Below, in pieces: positions 47,848-59,702 of a DNA stretch of 64,000 nt. Positions within the stretch are counted from its first letter, which is position 1. Each line of letters starts with the position of its first letter. Origin of the DNA: Macrostomum lignano (taxonomy: Eukaryota); assembly GCA_002269645.1 (NCBI GenBank), contig NIVC01001063.1:1-64000 (forward strand). Direction: 5' to 3'. The notes under the pieces were generated by a model. That model saw only the letters and a list, made by a program, of their open reading frames with translations, searched no databases and had not been told where the DNA came from. Position numbers and translations under genes: made by a program.

Positions 47848-49203
47848 TCACAGCGGCACAATTCTAATACGATTTTCGAAAATCGTTACCTCGTACCCAG
47901 CCCCGCCGACAGGAGGCAGAAAGAAGGCAACTCCAGCTGGCACGGGTGGAGTTTCGGATTGAGAAGCTGGAATTGTAGAGGCTGCAGCTGGGGCGGCTGG
48001 AGCAGCTGGGGCAGCCAGAGCAGCTGGGGCGGCTGGAGCAGCTGGGGCGGCCAGAGCAGCTGGGGCGGCCAGAGCAGCTGGGGCGGCCAGAGCAGCTGGG
48101 GCGGCTGGAGCAGCTGGGGCGGCCAGAGCAGCTGGGGCGGCTGGAGCAGCTGGGGCGGCCAGAGCAGCTGGGGCGGCCAGAGCAGCTGGGGCGGCTGGAG
48201 CAGCTGGGGCGGCCAGAGCAGCTGGGGCGGACAGAGCAGCTGGGGCGGCCAGAGCAGCTGGGGCGGCCAGAGCAGCTGGGGCGGCCAGAGCAGCTGGGGC
48301 GGCCAGAGCAGCTGGGGCGGCTGGAGCTGCAGGTGGCACAATTGCATTATGCGACTCATTGTCGCTGCCCTCCTCTTCTAGGATTTCCATTTCGTGGTCG
48401 TCTTCAATTAGATGAAGTTGTTTTCCAGCAATCACCGGAACCGAAGAGACAGGTTGCTGCTGCTGCTGACCAGCGTTGAATTCCCTGAGGAACTGATCCA
48501 GGACATCTTCCTCTATGAAGTTTATGACAGCAGCAGCCTCGACTCCAGCAGCCTCGACTCCCGCAGCCTCGACTCCAGCAGCCTCGACTCCAGCGGCCTC
48601 GACTCCAGCAGCCTCGACTCCAGCAGCCTCGACTCCAGCAGCCTCGACTCCAGCGGCCTCGACTCCAGCAGCCTCGACTCCAGCAGCCTCGACTCCAGCA
48701 GCCTCGACTCCAGCGGCCTCGACTCCAGCAGCCTCGACTCCAGCAGCCTCGACTCCAGCAGCCTCGACTCCAGCAGCCTCGACTCCAGCAGACAGCTCAA
48801 CTTCAAATTCTGCAGCTGCTGAAGACCCGCTTGGCCTCATCCTCTTCAATGTAGAGTCAATTACTTGACTCAAGTGAGCTGATAGCAGACTCCTGCTGGC
48901 TCCCTTTTTCTGCTGGATCTTCTTTTCTCTCTCGTTGCTCTTTTTGATGGCGCGGATTACTTTCCAGCGGTTACTTTCTTGCTTTTTCTTGTCATCGCTG
49001 ACGATCCTGTGTCCTCGATGATATGCTGGAATTTTTCCCTCCTGCAGAGCTTCGACGGTGCCGCACTGGTCGCATGCCAACCAGCATGAGACCAGACAGT
49101 TCTCATTCTCGTGGTGTCTTGGGGACACGCCTCCAAGCAGGCACACTTCGCAGCTTATACAGACCTCATAGAGGTCTCTATGACAACTTTTAAAAGTTTT
49201 CAT
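47848..49203 (-). CDS. Polinton accessory ORF, 451 aa: Cys/His-rich N-terminus plus AGVEA and APAAL repeats
   Basis: Uninterrupted ORF; C-x2-C-x2-C...C-x3-C-x2-C pattern; 15-bp repeat at 48530-48790 and 18-bp repeat at 47985-48330; TATATAAG about 100 bp upstream. Confidence 0.6.
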   Translation of the reverse strand: MKTFKSCHRDLYEVCISCEVCLLGGVSPRHHENENCLVSCWLACDQCGTVEALQEGKIPAYHRGHRIVSDDKKKQESNRWKVIRAIKKSNEREKKIQQKKGASRSLLSAHLSQVIDSTLKRMRPSGSSAAAEFEVELSAGVEAAGVEAAGVEAAGVEAAGVEAAGVEAAGVEAAGVEAAGVEAAGVEAAGVEAAGVEAAGVEAAGVEAAGVEAAGVEAAGVEAAAVINFIEEDVLDQFLREFNAGQQQQQPVSSVPVIAGKQLHLIEDDHEMEILEEEGSDNESHNAIVPPAAPAAPAALAAPAALAAPAALAAPAALAAPAALSAPAALAAPAAPAAPAALAAPAALAAPAAPAAPAALAAPAAPAAPAALAAPAALAAPAALAAPAAPAAPAALAAPAAPAAPAAASTIPASQSETPPVPAGVAFFLPPVGGAGYEVTIFENRIRIVPL

Positions 49204-49305
49204 TTTGAAAGAGAAAGAGTTGTTTTTTAGAAGTAGTAAGGTTTTTAAAAATCCTTTTATACAATTTTGTTTTTGTCTATTTGTTTATTTGTACTTGCGT
49301 GGCTG

Positions 49306-49313
49306 CTTATATA
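49306..49313 (-). promoter_or_regulatory. TATA box TATATAAG (minus strand)
   Basis: CTTATATA on plus, about 100 bp upstream of ATG 49203. Confidence 0.5.
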
Positions 49314-49549
49314 GTAATTTGTACATGCATGCCCTCTCCTTATCATATCGTATATGAACATCCAGCCATGCTCAGGTAATAATTACTTTACCGTTATAGA
49401 GGCCACCGGCTGTAATTAGTGTATCCCCCCGTCCCCTTATCCAGGTAAGCAACACCAGCCGTCCTCTGTGCAGTTGTAAAACTTTATAACCTTACCCTAA
49501 CACAGAGCACAGAGATTGGCTACCCCTCTTATCTCTGCAATGTTTAGCC

Positions 49550-50531
49550 GTTCCCAATGCACAGAGATAGGATCCTCTCCGCAGTGTATTTTTCCTATAT
49601 CCTTTTTGCCGCCTATCTCGCCAGTGCTAGTGCGGCAGTATCATGAATCGCCTCTATCTCCGCAGTGCTTAGCCGTCCCCAATGCACAGAGATAGAGCTC
49701 ATATCTCTGCAGTGCTTAGCCGTCCCCAATGCACAGAGATAGAGCTCATATCTCTGCAGTGCTTAGCCGTCCCCAATGCACAGAGATAGAGCTCATATCT
49801 CTGCAGTGCTTAGCCGTCCCCAATGCACAGAGATAGAGCTCATATCTCTGCAGTGCTTAGCCGTCCCCAATGCACAGAGATAGAGCTCATATCTCTGCAG
49901 TGCTTAGCCGTCCCCAATGCACAGAGATAGAGCTCATATCTCTGCAGTGCTTAGCCGTCCCCAATGCACAGAGATAGGGCTCATATCTCCGCAGTGTATT
50001 TTTCCGTTCCCAATGCACAGAGATAGGATCCTCTCCGCAGTGTATTTTTCCTATATCCTTTTTGCCGCCTATCTCGCCAGTGCTAGTGCGGCAGTATCAT
50101 GAATCGCCTCTATCTCCGCAGTGCTTAGCCGTCCCCAATGCACAGAGATAGAGCTCATATCTCTGCAGTGCTTAGCCGTCCCCAATGCACAGAGATAGAG
50201 CTCATATCTCTGCAGTGCTTAGCCGTCCCCAATGCACAGAGATAGAGCTCATATCTCTGCAGTGCTTAGCCGTCCCCAATGCACAGAGATAGAGCTCATA
50301 TCTCTGCAGTGCTTAGCCGTCCCCAATGCACAGAGATAGAGCTCATATCTCTGCAGTGCTTAGCCGTCCCCAATGCACAGAGATAGAGCTCATATCTCTG
50401 CAGTGCTTAGCCGTCCCCAATGCACAGAGATAGGGCTCATATCTCCGCAGTGTATTTTTCCCTGTACATTTGCATTGCCGCCTATCTCGCCAGTGCTAGT
50501 GCGGCAGTATCATAATTCGCCCTACTACTCT
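49550..50531 (-). repeat. Polinton right end: TIR plus a 456-bp tandem duplication (2 x 7 copies of the 47-mer)
   Basis: Block GCCGCCTATCTCGCCAGTGCTAGTGCGGCAGTATCAT at ~49608, ~50064 and ~50478. Confidence 0.9.
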
Positions 50532-50814
50532 TCTGGCCCCCTGATTTGTGACTTTTTCACTATTTTTAGTTATTTATGACGGTCTAGCTGTCATGTTTGG
50601 CTCCAGCCTGTCTGGGTCAAAGAGGTCTTTCCAGCAATTTCTCCCCACTCGCTCTGTTACCTTCTCCTTTGATTTATGGGCGTTTTGCAGTCACTTTTGG
50701 CTCCAGGATGTCTAGACAAGTGACTTTTATTTTGCTTTGCACGTGATTTATGACCGCACCTGTCAACTTCCCTGGGGTCTGAAGGCCACCTGGTTGGGGT
50801 GGGTTTTGGGGTCT

Positions 50815-50935
50815 TGAGCTCAGCCAATCAGAGACGACCTGACTGCCCCTGCTCGTCCAATCAGAAAATTCGGCGCCTATTTTAACAAAAGCTCTCAGCC
50901 AATCAGAAAATTCGGCGCGCGTTATAACAAATCGG
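50815..50935 (+). promoter_or_regulatory. Triple CCAAT-box cluster, possibly an LTR U3 or promoter
   Basis: AGCCAATCAGAG, GTCCAATCAGAAAATTCGGCGC and AGCCAATCAGAAAATTCGGCGC followed by TTATAA; no second LTR or PBS found. Confidence 0.3.
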
Positions 50936-52457
50936 CCGCATGAGAGCTAAAAGGCGGCAACTCGACCCGCGCTCAAAAAGGCTCGGCCTGATACTGCCTT
51001 CAGGCTCTTCTCCCTTCGGTCCTGCCGACCTGATCCCCCTTCCCCGGCAGTTTTGGCTTCAACAGCTAAGTTCCCCCTGAGAAGCATCAGATCAATACAT
51101 GTATCTCCCGGCAGTGATCTAAGAGCAGCAACGACAACCGGCAAGTGAAGAGTACCGGCGGCACCCGTCAGTTAAGATCAGCAGCAGCATCCCATCCGAG
51201 CGCTTCGGTCTCTGCGGATCCCTTGGCTACCGGCAGTTAGGTCCTCTGATTGGTTTGGTGAGAGGCTCTCTTGACCTGCTTAACTGGGTGCGCCTTTGTT
51301 TGACCCCTTCCTGGGTAGTCTGATAGGATTTGCACTTTTGCTTACTTGCTTTTTGCGTGCCAAACTCGAGGCAGAAGTGTCATTTAATACTAAAAGTAGC
51401 CATTTGCTCTGACTCAATCAAAGGCGTTTAGGATTGCGGATTAAGTAAGAAAGTTAAATCTAGAAGTTAAAGACTTAGTGTTTTCTTTCTTTTTCGCAAT
51501 GCCAGCTGAGATGAGTGGCTAGATCTAGGGGCAGAGGTCACAGTGGACCGGAAGCGGCACAGTTCCCAGTCAATTAGTCGATCTACTAAGCATTCATAAT
51601 AAGCATGCAACCTAAGTGCCAGACTGGTGCTTTCGCGCAGTCTCAGGCAGCTAAGCGGCTAAAGCGAGTTAAATGTTAGTCTAAAGATCTCCAAAGGCGG
51701 CAATACACCTACATAATCGCTATCTGTCGACGCGTTAACACATTTAGTGCCAAAGGTGTGCAGTTACGTGTACTTGTACATGTACTTCTGGGAATTCGGT
51801 AATGAAATAGTACATTCAGTAGTGTATAGAGGCTCGCCAGCGCAAGAACCCCCTGCAGAAGTCCTCTCTGTCCCTGCATGGCCAATGCGATCTTAGTCCC
51901 TGCAGCGTCCCTTCTATTCGGCTATGACTTCGAGATTGACAGCTAAAAGACACTAGATGGCAGGTGAGTGCTGTGCCTCTCTAGTCGGAAGTCCGATTTC
52001 GATAGCTCCGGTTTGGTGAGCCGGGGCGCACGGACTGGGGGCAGCGGGTTAGTTAATCTGCGGATTAGCTAATCTCTACCTTTCAAATTCCCCCTGCTTG
52101 TCTCTCGCTGTCTTCTCTTAGCTATAGGACCTTGCTGCTCGCCCACAATCTAGCTACCACGGGGCTGACCATCTGACAGGAGTGAGAAGCCAGAGCTTTA
52201 AGTGATTCATTTCTGAGTTCCGAGGCCCGAAGCTACAGGCTTAAAAAGGCCGAACCCATCATTAGCAGGATATTTAGCAACTAGTAGATTGGATAAAAAC
52301 GCAAATGTGTATTTGTACTTCTTAGAAGCAAAATAACTTTGGCATACATGTACTTGTAAGCATCGATCATGAATTTTTCAAATAAAGCTGTGATATTTTG
52401 CCATCCCTACGAGCGTACATGAAATCAAATTTGTCAAAGCAATGATGCAGCGCAGCA

Positions 52458-53471
52458 TCAGCCCTGAATGTAGTAATCGCCGAATCGAACCCGGGGCCTT
52501 CGAAATCCGCGACCGCCCATTGTGTTGCGCAGCTGCTCGTCGGGCGAGTACTTCGGCTTGGGCCGCTCGAATTTCACCTCCGGGATGTCCGGATTGGACC
52601 AGATGTCCTTCAGGTCGTTGAGGTTCTCCGGGGTCATGGTGGGGTCAGGTATCACCGGCTCCTCCGCATCGACCTCAGCTGATCCTCCGGTGTCGCCGCC
52701 GCTTCCGCCTTCGACATCACCGGCAGGGTCGGGCAGCAGGTCGTCCAAATCGTCGTCGCTGTTTTCAGCGGAGGCTTCAACAGGAGGGGGTGAAATTTGA
52801 AGTCAGAGCAGCGATGAAACACCGGAGCGCAGATAGGGGAGTGAAATTGGGATGAGTTTAGAGACTCGAAATTCAGAGTGACATTGAAATTAGAAATGGT
52901 GGCGCAATAGAGTGCCATTGAAGTTTGAGTGACACGTACAGAACTGTATTAGAGTGACACAAGTGTATTGGAGTGACACAAGTGTATTGGAGTGACACAA
53001 CTGTATTGGAGTGACACAACTGTATTGGAGTGATACAATTGTGTGTATTTGGGTGACACAAATGTATTGGAGTGACACAACTGTATTGGAGTGACACAAC
53101 TGTATTGGAGTGACACAACTGTATTGGAGTGATACAATTGTGTGTATTTGGGTGACACAAATGTATTGGAGTGACACAACTGTATTGGAGTGACACAACT
53201 GTATTGGAGTGACACAAATGTATTGGAGTGACACAAATGTATTGGAGTGACACAAATGTATTGGAGTGACACAAGTGTATTGAAGTGACACAACTGTGTA
53301 TTGGGGTGACAAATGTATTGGAGTGACACAACTGTATTGGAGTGACACAACTATTTTAGAGTTACACAAATAAATAATTTTACCTGGCATGCCCATCGAC
53401 TGAGACTTGAGCAGCAGCGCCGCAGTGAGAAGCAGGAGACTCAGGTTCGAGGCAGAAAACACGAGAAACAT
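52458..53471 (-). CDS. Small secreted acidic protein, two exons (~134 aa)
   Basis: join(53471-53384, 52774-52458); signal peptide MFLVFSASNLSLLLLTAALLLKSQSMG; phase-1 donor CCAG|GTAAA and acceptor TTGAAG|CC; basic C-terminus GRGFRRPRVRFGDYYIQG*. Confidence 0.7.
52945..53355. repeat. 19-bp tandem repeat (intronic)
   Basis: Unit TGTATTGGAGTGACACAAC, about 20 copies with longer variants. Confidence 0.93.
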
Positions 53472-53879
53472 TTTCTTCGAAGTGGCAAAGCAAACACAAG
53501 TCTGTAAACTTTATCTGGTCGCTTTCCGGGTCTGTCGCAGATATTCATGCATGCTCAGCGACTTGCGATGACGAGTTTTTATAGGCAAAAAGATCGGAAA
53601 TTGGAAATTGGTCAGTTTGGTGCAGTGAGCAAATTTGGCAGACTTCTTATCTTGGGCCTGAGAGCGTTCTGGGCGGGGGCAGTTCAGAATGCCTGCGTGG
53701 GCTTTGGGTGCCTAAAATTTGAAAGAATGCACCTGCAGGTTATCACGAAGACACGGAAAAATAATTATTACCAGCCATCATGTGACCACGCAAAACTCGC
53801 GGCTTCATTTTGGTCATCGAAATAAAGCATAACAAAAATACATGTACAGTGTATGAGTATTAGATAGCTAATCTATGCA

Positions 53880-55620
53880 CCACGGATGGCTAATCTAGCT
53901 CATGGGTTGCTAATCCATAGGTTGATAATCTAGCTCATGGGTTGCTAATCCATAGGTTGATAATCTAGCTCATGGGTTGCTAATCCATAGGTTGATAATC
54001 TAGCTCATGGGTTGCTAATTCGTAGGTTGATAATCTAGCTCATGGGTTGCTAATCCATAGGTTGATAATCTAGCTCATGGGTTGCTAATTCGTAGGTTGA
54101 TAATCTTGCTCATGGGTTGCTAATCCATAGGTTGATAATCTAGCTCATGGGTTGCTAATCCATAGGTTGATAATCTAGCTCATGGGTTGCTAATCTAGCT
54201 CATGGGTTGCTAATCCGTAGGTTGATAATCTAGCTCATGGGTTGCTAATCCGTAGGTTGCTAATCTAGCTCATGGGTTGCTAATCTAGCTCATGGGTTGC
54301 TAATCCATAGGTTGATAATCTAGCTCATGGGTTGCTAATCCGTAGATTGATAATCTAGCTCATGGGTTGCTAATCTAGCTCATGGGTTGCTAATCCATAG
54401 GTTGATAATCTAGCTCATGGGTTGCTAATCCATAGGTTGATAATCTAGCTCATGGGTTGCTAATCCGTAGATTGATAATCTAGCTCATGGGTTGCTAATC
54501 TAGCTCATGGGTTGCTAATCCATAGGTTGATAATCTAGCTCATGGGTTGCTAATCCATAGGTTGATAATCTAGCTCATGGGTTGCTAATCTAGCTCATGG
54601 GTTGCTAATCCGTAGGTTGATAATCTAGCTCATGGGTTGCTAATCCGTAGGTTGCTAATCTAGCTCATGGGTTGCTAATCTAGCTCATGGGTTGCTAATC
54701 GGTAGGTTGATAATCTAGCTCATGGGTTGCTAATCTAGCTCATGGGTTGCTAATCTAGCTCATGGGTTGCTAATCTAGCTCATGGGTTGCTAATCTAGCT
54801 CATGGGTTGCTAATCTAGCTCATGGGTTGCTAATCCGTAGATTGATAATCTAGCTCATGGGTTGCTAATCTAGCTCATGGGTTGCCAATCCGTAGATTGA
54901 TAATCTAGCTCATGGGTTGCTAATCTAGCTCATGGGTTGCTAATCCGTAGGTTGATAATGTAGCTCATGGGTTGCTAATCCGTAGGTTGCTAATCTAGCT
55001 CATGGGTTGCTAATCTAGCTCATGGGTTGCTAATCCGTAGGTTGATAATCTAGCTCATGGGTTGCTAATCTAGCTCATGGGTTGCTAATCCGTAGGTTGC
55101 TAATCTAGCTCATGGGTTGCAAATCCGTAGATTGATAATCTAGCTCATGGGTTGCTAATCTAGCTCATGGGTTGCTAATCCGTAGGTTGATAATCTAGCT
55201 CATGGGTTGCTAATCCGTAGGTTGATAATCTAGCTCATGGGTTGCTAATCCGTAGGTTGCTAATCTAGCTCATGGGTTGCTAATCCGTAGATTGATAATC
55301 TAGCTCATGGGTTGCTAATCTAGCTCATGGGTTGCTAATCCGTAGGTTGATAATCTAGCTCATGGGTTGCTAATCCGTAGGTTGATAATCTAGCTCATGG
55401 GTTGCTAATCCGAAGGTTGCTAATCTAGCTCATGGGTTGCTAATCCGTAGATTGATAATCTAGCTCATGGGTTGCTAATCTAGCTCATGGGTTGCTAATC
55501 CGTAGGTTGATAATCTAGCTCATGGGTTGCTAATCTAGCTCATGAGTTGCTAATCTAGCTCATGGGTTGCTAATCTAGCTCATGGGTTGCTAATCTAGCT
55601 CATGGGTTGCTTATCTAGCG
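53880..55620. repeat. Compound minisatellite of 20-bp (A) and 15-bp (B) units
   Basis: A = TAATCTAGCTCATGGGTTGC, B = TAATCC(A/G)TAGGTTG(A/C); runs of AB, AAB and An. Confidence 0.95.
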
Positions 55621-56280
55621 CGTTCAGGATTTAATCATCCTGGGCTTTAAAATAGCTCAGCTCGAACTCCTGAAAAATAAATTAACGATGTTAAACGAAC
55701 TTTTCAGATTTAAAACAGTAAATCTATAATTAATTTCAATATTTATTATTGTCCTTTTTTGTCACAAACAACAAATCACCCGCAGCTCATAAAACAGAAA
55801 ATTTACGTTCTTTTACTCAATAGGTACAGAATCTGTCTGAAATTTCACGCACAGAATTTAACAATTAGCACGGAAGACGTGGCCACCAAGCTCAGTTTAT
55901 GGCACATGCGCGCGTCCGTTACGGATTTATCAAAAATGCACAAATTTGTTTAAATCGGAGAGAGAGTTATTACGAGCGTATTGGCCCGACTCAATCAAAA
56001 GGCGTAAAAGTGAGAGCACTGCGACCGCTTCAACACTGCTTATCTTGCACTGAGAATGTTCTGATTTTTAACAATTTTTTCTAATACGACTAGTGTTGCG
56101 GTGGCTACTTGTACTTGAGTGAGTAGGCAAGTAAGGAGTTTTACATTTGAAACATAAACATTTGAATGTTTTAATGAGTTTTAAAGAAAATTTGCTCTTA
56201 ACTATACTTGAGCACATGTAGTTACTGGCCTGCTCCTTAACACGACTGGCTGTTCAAATTTGCATTCAAAGCTGCAACTT

Positions 56281-56520
56281 GGAGAGGGGAGAGGAGAGGG
56301 AAGATAGAAGAGGGGAGAGAGGAGAGGGGAGAGGGGAGAGCGAAGATGGGTGAGAGGAGAGGGGAGAGGCGAGAGGCGAGAGGGGAGAGAGGAGAGGGGA
56401 GAGGCGAGAGGGGAGAGAGGAGAGGCGAGAGAAGAGAGGGGAGAGGCGAGAGAGGAGAGGCGAGAGAGGAGAGGCAAGAGAGATAAGGGGAGAGAGGAGA
56501 GAAGGGAGAAGAACGCTGAG
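56281..56520. repeat. GA-rich low-complexity tract
   Basis: Near-pure polypurine GAGAGG/GAGGC units. Confidence 0.9.
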
Positions 56521-56932
56521 AAGAGACTTATTAAGTCTTGATCAGATCAGATTGGTATTGTGAAGTTTCAAACGACCCGAGGGAGGGCCTTTGATAGAGA
56601 GACTTTGCGGGCCGTAGTTTGGCGACCCCTGCTCCATTTGAAGCATTAGTTAAAGGCTCAATGTTCTGTGCGAAAATGCATCATTGAGATGGGAAATTTC
56701 AGTTTTTAAGCACTAATCTAAATATACTAAATCTCTAAGGTTTGTATGTTTGTCCATAACGCTCTAGAGATTGCAATAAATTTACTATTCCTGAATGTTT
56801 TGGACTGACGACATTTTTGGCCTTGTACTATCTAGCCAATAAAGCAGCCTGCAATTGAATATTCGCGTCACCTCGTGTTGCCAGTCCGGTCCCCGAGCTG
56901 CGGGAGGGCCAGTCAGTCACGTGACCGGGGGC

Positions 56933-59231
56933 TCAGCCGAAGCAGATGCAGTCCAAGCAGGCCGCCAGCTTGAAGCACAGCCAGTAGCGCAGAAGGGCGA
57001 AGCACAGGGCGCCGCAGGACAGCAGGCAGATGGCCCACCACAGCCCGGCAAGGCCGGGGTCCTCCGACTGCAGTGACTCCTCCACCGCGTGCACCAGCCG
57101 CTCGCGCTCGGCGCGTCGCTCGGCCAGCGACAGCCTCGGCCAAGTCGGCAGAGCAAGCGGCGGCGGCGGCGACGGTGGAAGGTCGCGAGCTCGACGCCAC
57201 TGTTGCCAACCGCGCAGCAGGGAACGCCGCAGGCTGGGCGGTGGCGGCGGCGGCGGCTGCCGTCTCGAATCCGCGGCGTCGGCGGACACCGGGATGAAGT
57301 CGTAGGCGTCGTGAAGCAGCAGGGCGACGACAGCGTGGTTGGCGTGACTGTGCCAGCGACAGCCGTCTGCGGGCGGGTGGGGGGTGATCGGGTGCTGACA
57401 CAGGTGAGTCAGGGTGATTAGGTGCTGACTGAGGTGAGTCAGGGAGGCTAGATCACTTAATTATTGCTCCAGACTCAGGGACAAGCAGATGCCGCATATT
57501 TTATTCACTTCGGTCATCATTTTTTATCGCTGATAACAAATTTTAAATATCCATTTTTGTTTTTTTCAGCAGAAGTTTCTGTTTAAGCTGTACTTAAGCA
57601 GTTCCTGCTTTGCTCTCACCTGGTCACCTCGACTCACCTCTGCCGATAAGATAAGAGTGCGCGCTGCGGCAGGGCGAGTGAAGAGACTTATCTCTTGGAT
57701 TTCAGAAGAGTTTACTTAAGGCTGCTCCAAGTGAGGCACTATCTGGTGGGTCTTGCTTGACCATCTGATGCATGTAGACTCGGTTTTGTCCCTCTAGCAT
57801 AGTTGTGACGCCACTATCCCAGTTGTGACGCCACTATCCCAGTTGTGACGCCACTATCCCAGTTGTGACGCCACTATCCCAGTTGTGACGCCACTATCCC
57901 AGTTGTGACGCCACTATCCCAGTTGTGACGCCACTATCCCAGTTGTGACGCCACTATCCCAGTTGTGACGCCACTATCCCAGTTGTGACGCCACTATCCT
58001 AGTTTTGACACTACTATCTCAGTTTCGACGCCACTATCCCAGTTGTGACGCCATTATCCCAGTTGCGACGCCATTATCTCAGTTGTGACGCCACTATCAC
58101 AGTTTCAATGACACTTAAATGATGAGTCAGACGCCTTGGCCCTCAGCTGTTCAGTCCCTCTGCCATTTTGACAGACCAAAACTGATTTCCTCGCCCCAGC
58201 AACTGCTTCGCCCTGTGATTTTCGATTGCTACTGTAACAACGTCATAAATCAGCCAATATAGCCTGAAATGCGGGCCACTGCAACATACCAGGCGCGCTC
58301 AGGCTGACTGAATGCCTGCATCCTGATGTGTGCAGATGAAGGCTGTTCCAGTCATTAATTATGCAAATTGCCATTCAGAGCGCAGTTACAGCCAGGTACT
58401 TATTTGCCAGAGCAGGCAATTTAAGACTGCAGACGAGGGCTTTGTACTGAGTCGCTTAATTGTGCATTGACTTTAACAGGTTTTAAACTCTGACATTCAA
58501 AATGGCACTCTGATATTCAAAATGGCACTCTGATAGTCAAAATGGCACTCTGATAGTCAAAATGGCACTCTGACATTCAAAATGGCACTCTGACATTCAA
58601 AATGGCACTCTGACATTCAAAATGGCACTCTGACATTCAAAATGGCACTCCGACATTCAAAATGGCACTCTGACATTCAAAATGGCACTCTGACATTCAA
58701 AATGGCACTCTGATAGTCAAAATGGCACTCTGATAGTCAAAATGGCACTCTGACATTCAAAATGGCACTCACCTTCCAGACCGTCAGCGTCTCGCTGACT
58801 CGTCGGCTCCTCCGGCAGCAGCCGCAGCCGTGCCGGGTTGATCAGCCGCAGGCGGCCCTGCCTGTCCACCCGAAGTCGTCGAGCTCCGTTGCCGGCGACA
58901 GCACCGGCAGCAGCGGCCTCGCCGTTGCCGTCAGCGACCTCGCCGAGTCCAGCTCGTCGGCGAAGCGCAGCAGGCGGAGGCCGAGCTGCAGCCGGAGCTG
59001 CATGTCGGCGAACAGCAGGAAGCTCAGCGGGCAGCCGCCGCCAGCCAGACGGGTGACGCTGAGGCTGCCGCAGGCGGAGGCGGAGTCTTTGTTGGCCAGC
59101 CGCAGGTCGGCAAGGCCGGCCGACTGTCCGCAGTCTTTGTAGAAGCCGCCCGGCTGCAGCACAAAGACACTGGCATCGCTAGATGGAACCGTCAGCAGCG
59201 CCCCGTCGATGTGCTGGAGCCGCAGGAAGCT

Positions 59232-59265
<34 letters not shown>

Positions 59266-59702
59266 GACGGCGCGGTCAGCTGGAGCTGCAGGCGGACGCA
59301 GCTGGCGGCGAGGCGCCACTCGGGCGTCGAGTTGGAGGCGGGAAGCGTGAGCTCGAAGCACTGCAGCGGGTTGGCCGGCAGCGCCGAGGAGTCGAGAGGC
59401 GCCGCGCCGAGCGCCAGACTGCGGGCCAGCCGGAACAGGTAGAGGCAGATGAGGGTGCTGAGCAGGAGCAGGTAGGCGCAGCTCAGAGCTCTGCCAGCCG
59501 CGGAGATGCACGCGCTGTGCCGCCTGAGGAACTCCTCGCATTCAGCGCAGCCAGCGTCGACTTCTTCATCCTGGTCGGCAGCGTCGGCCCTCCAGGAGTG
59601 CTGGTGGCGGCGCCTGCGGTGCTGGCGGAACCCGCCGTACACGTTCTGCCGCGGCTGCAGGGGCCTGTCGCTGGGGGCGAAGTTGGCTGGCAGCGGCTTC
59701 AT
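56933..59702 (-). CDS. Putative two-transmembrane protein, two exons, one apparent frameshift (~58865)
   Basis: Exons 58773-59702 and 56933-57366; donor GAAG|GTGAGT and acceptor CCCGCAG|AC in phase 1; TM1 ALSCAYLLLLSTLICLYLF, TM2 LAGLWWAICLLSCGALCFALL. Family not recognised. Confidence 0.55.
57801..58100. repeat. 20-bp tandem repeat
   Basis: Unit AGTTGTGACGCCACTATCCC, about 15 copies. Confidence 0.95.
58490..58770. repeat. 20-bp tandem repeat starting within a splice donor
   Basis: Unit AAATGGCACTCTGACATTCA, about 14 copies; ends at GCACTC|AC, the minus-strand donor GTGAGT. Confidence 0.95.

Larger units (their letters stand above)
32649..50531 (+). mobile_element. Polinton/Maverick (endogenous adintovirus-like element), ~17.9 kb, partly decayed
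   Basis: Termini AGAGTAGTAGGGCGAATTATGATACTG / CAGTATCATAATTCGCCCTACTACTCT; ~390-bp TIRs; INT, mCP, MCP, PRO, ATPase and pPolB all recognisable. No matching 6-bp TSD found. Confidence 0.95.

Noticed and set aside
32643-50537. 6-bp Polinton TSD
   Set aside because: Neither end definition (32649/50531 or 32651/50529) gives matching flanks.
50590-52170. Solo LTR (TGTCATG...CTGACA)
   Set aside because: The termini are plausible, but I found no TSD, PBS or second copy in the window; only the CCAAT cluster is kept, at low confidence.
52873-53350. Cys/His-rich repeat ORFs
   Set aside because: Translations of the 19-bp intronic repeat of the secreted-protein gene.
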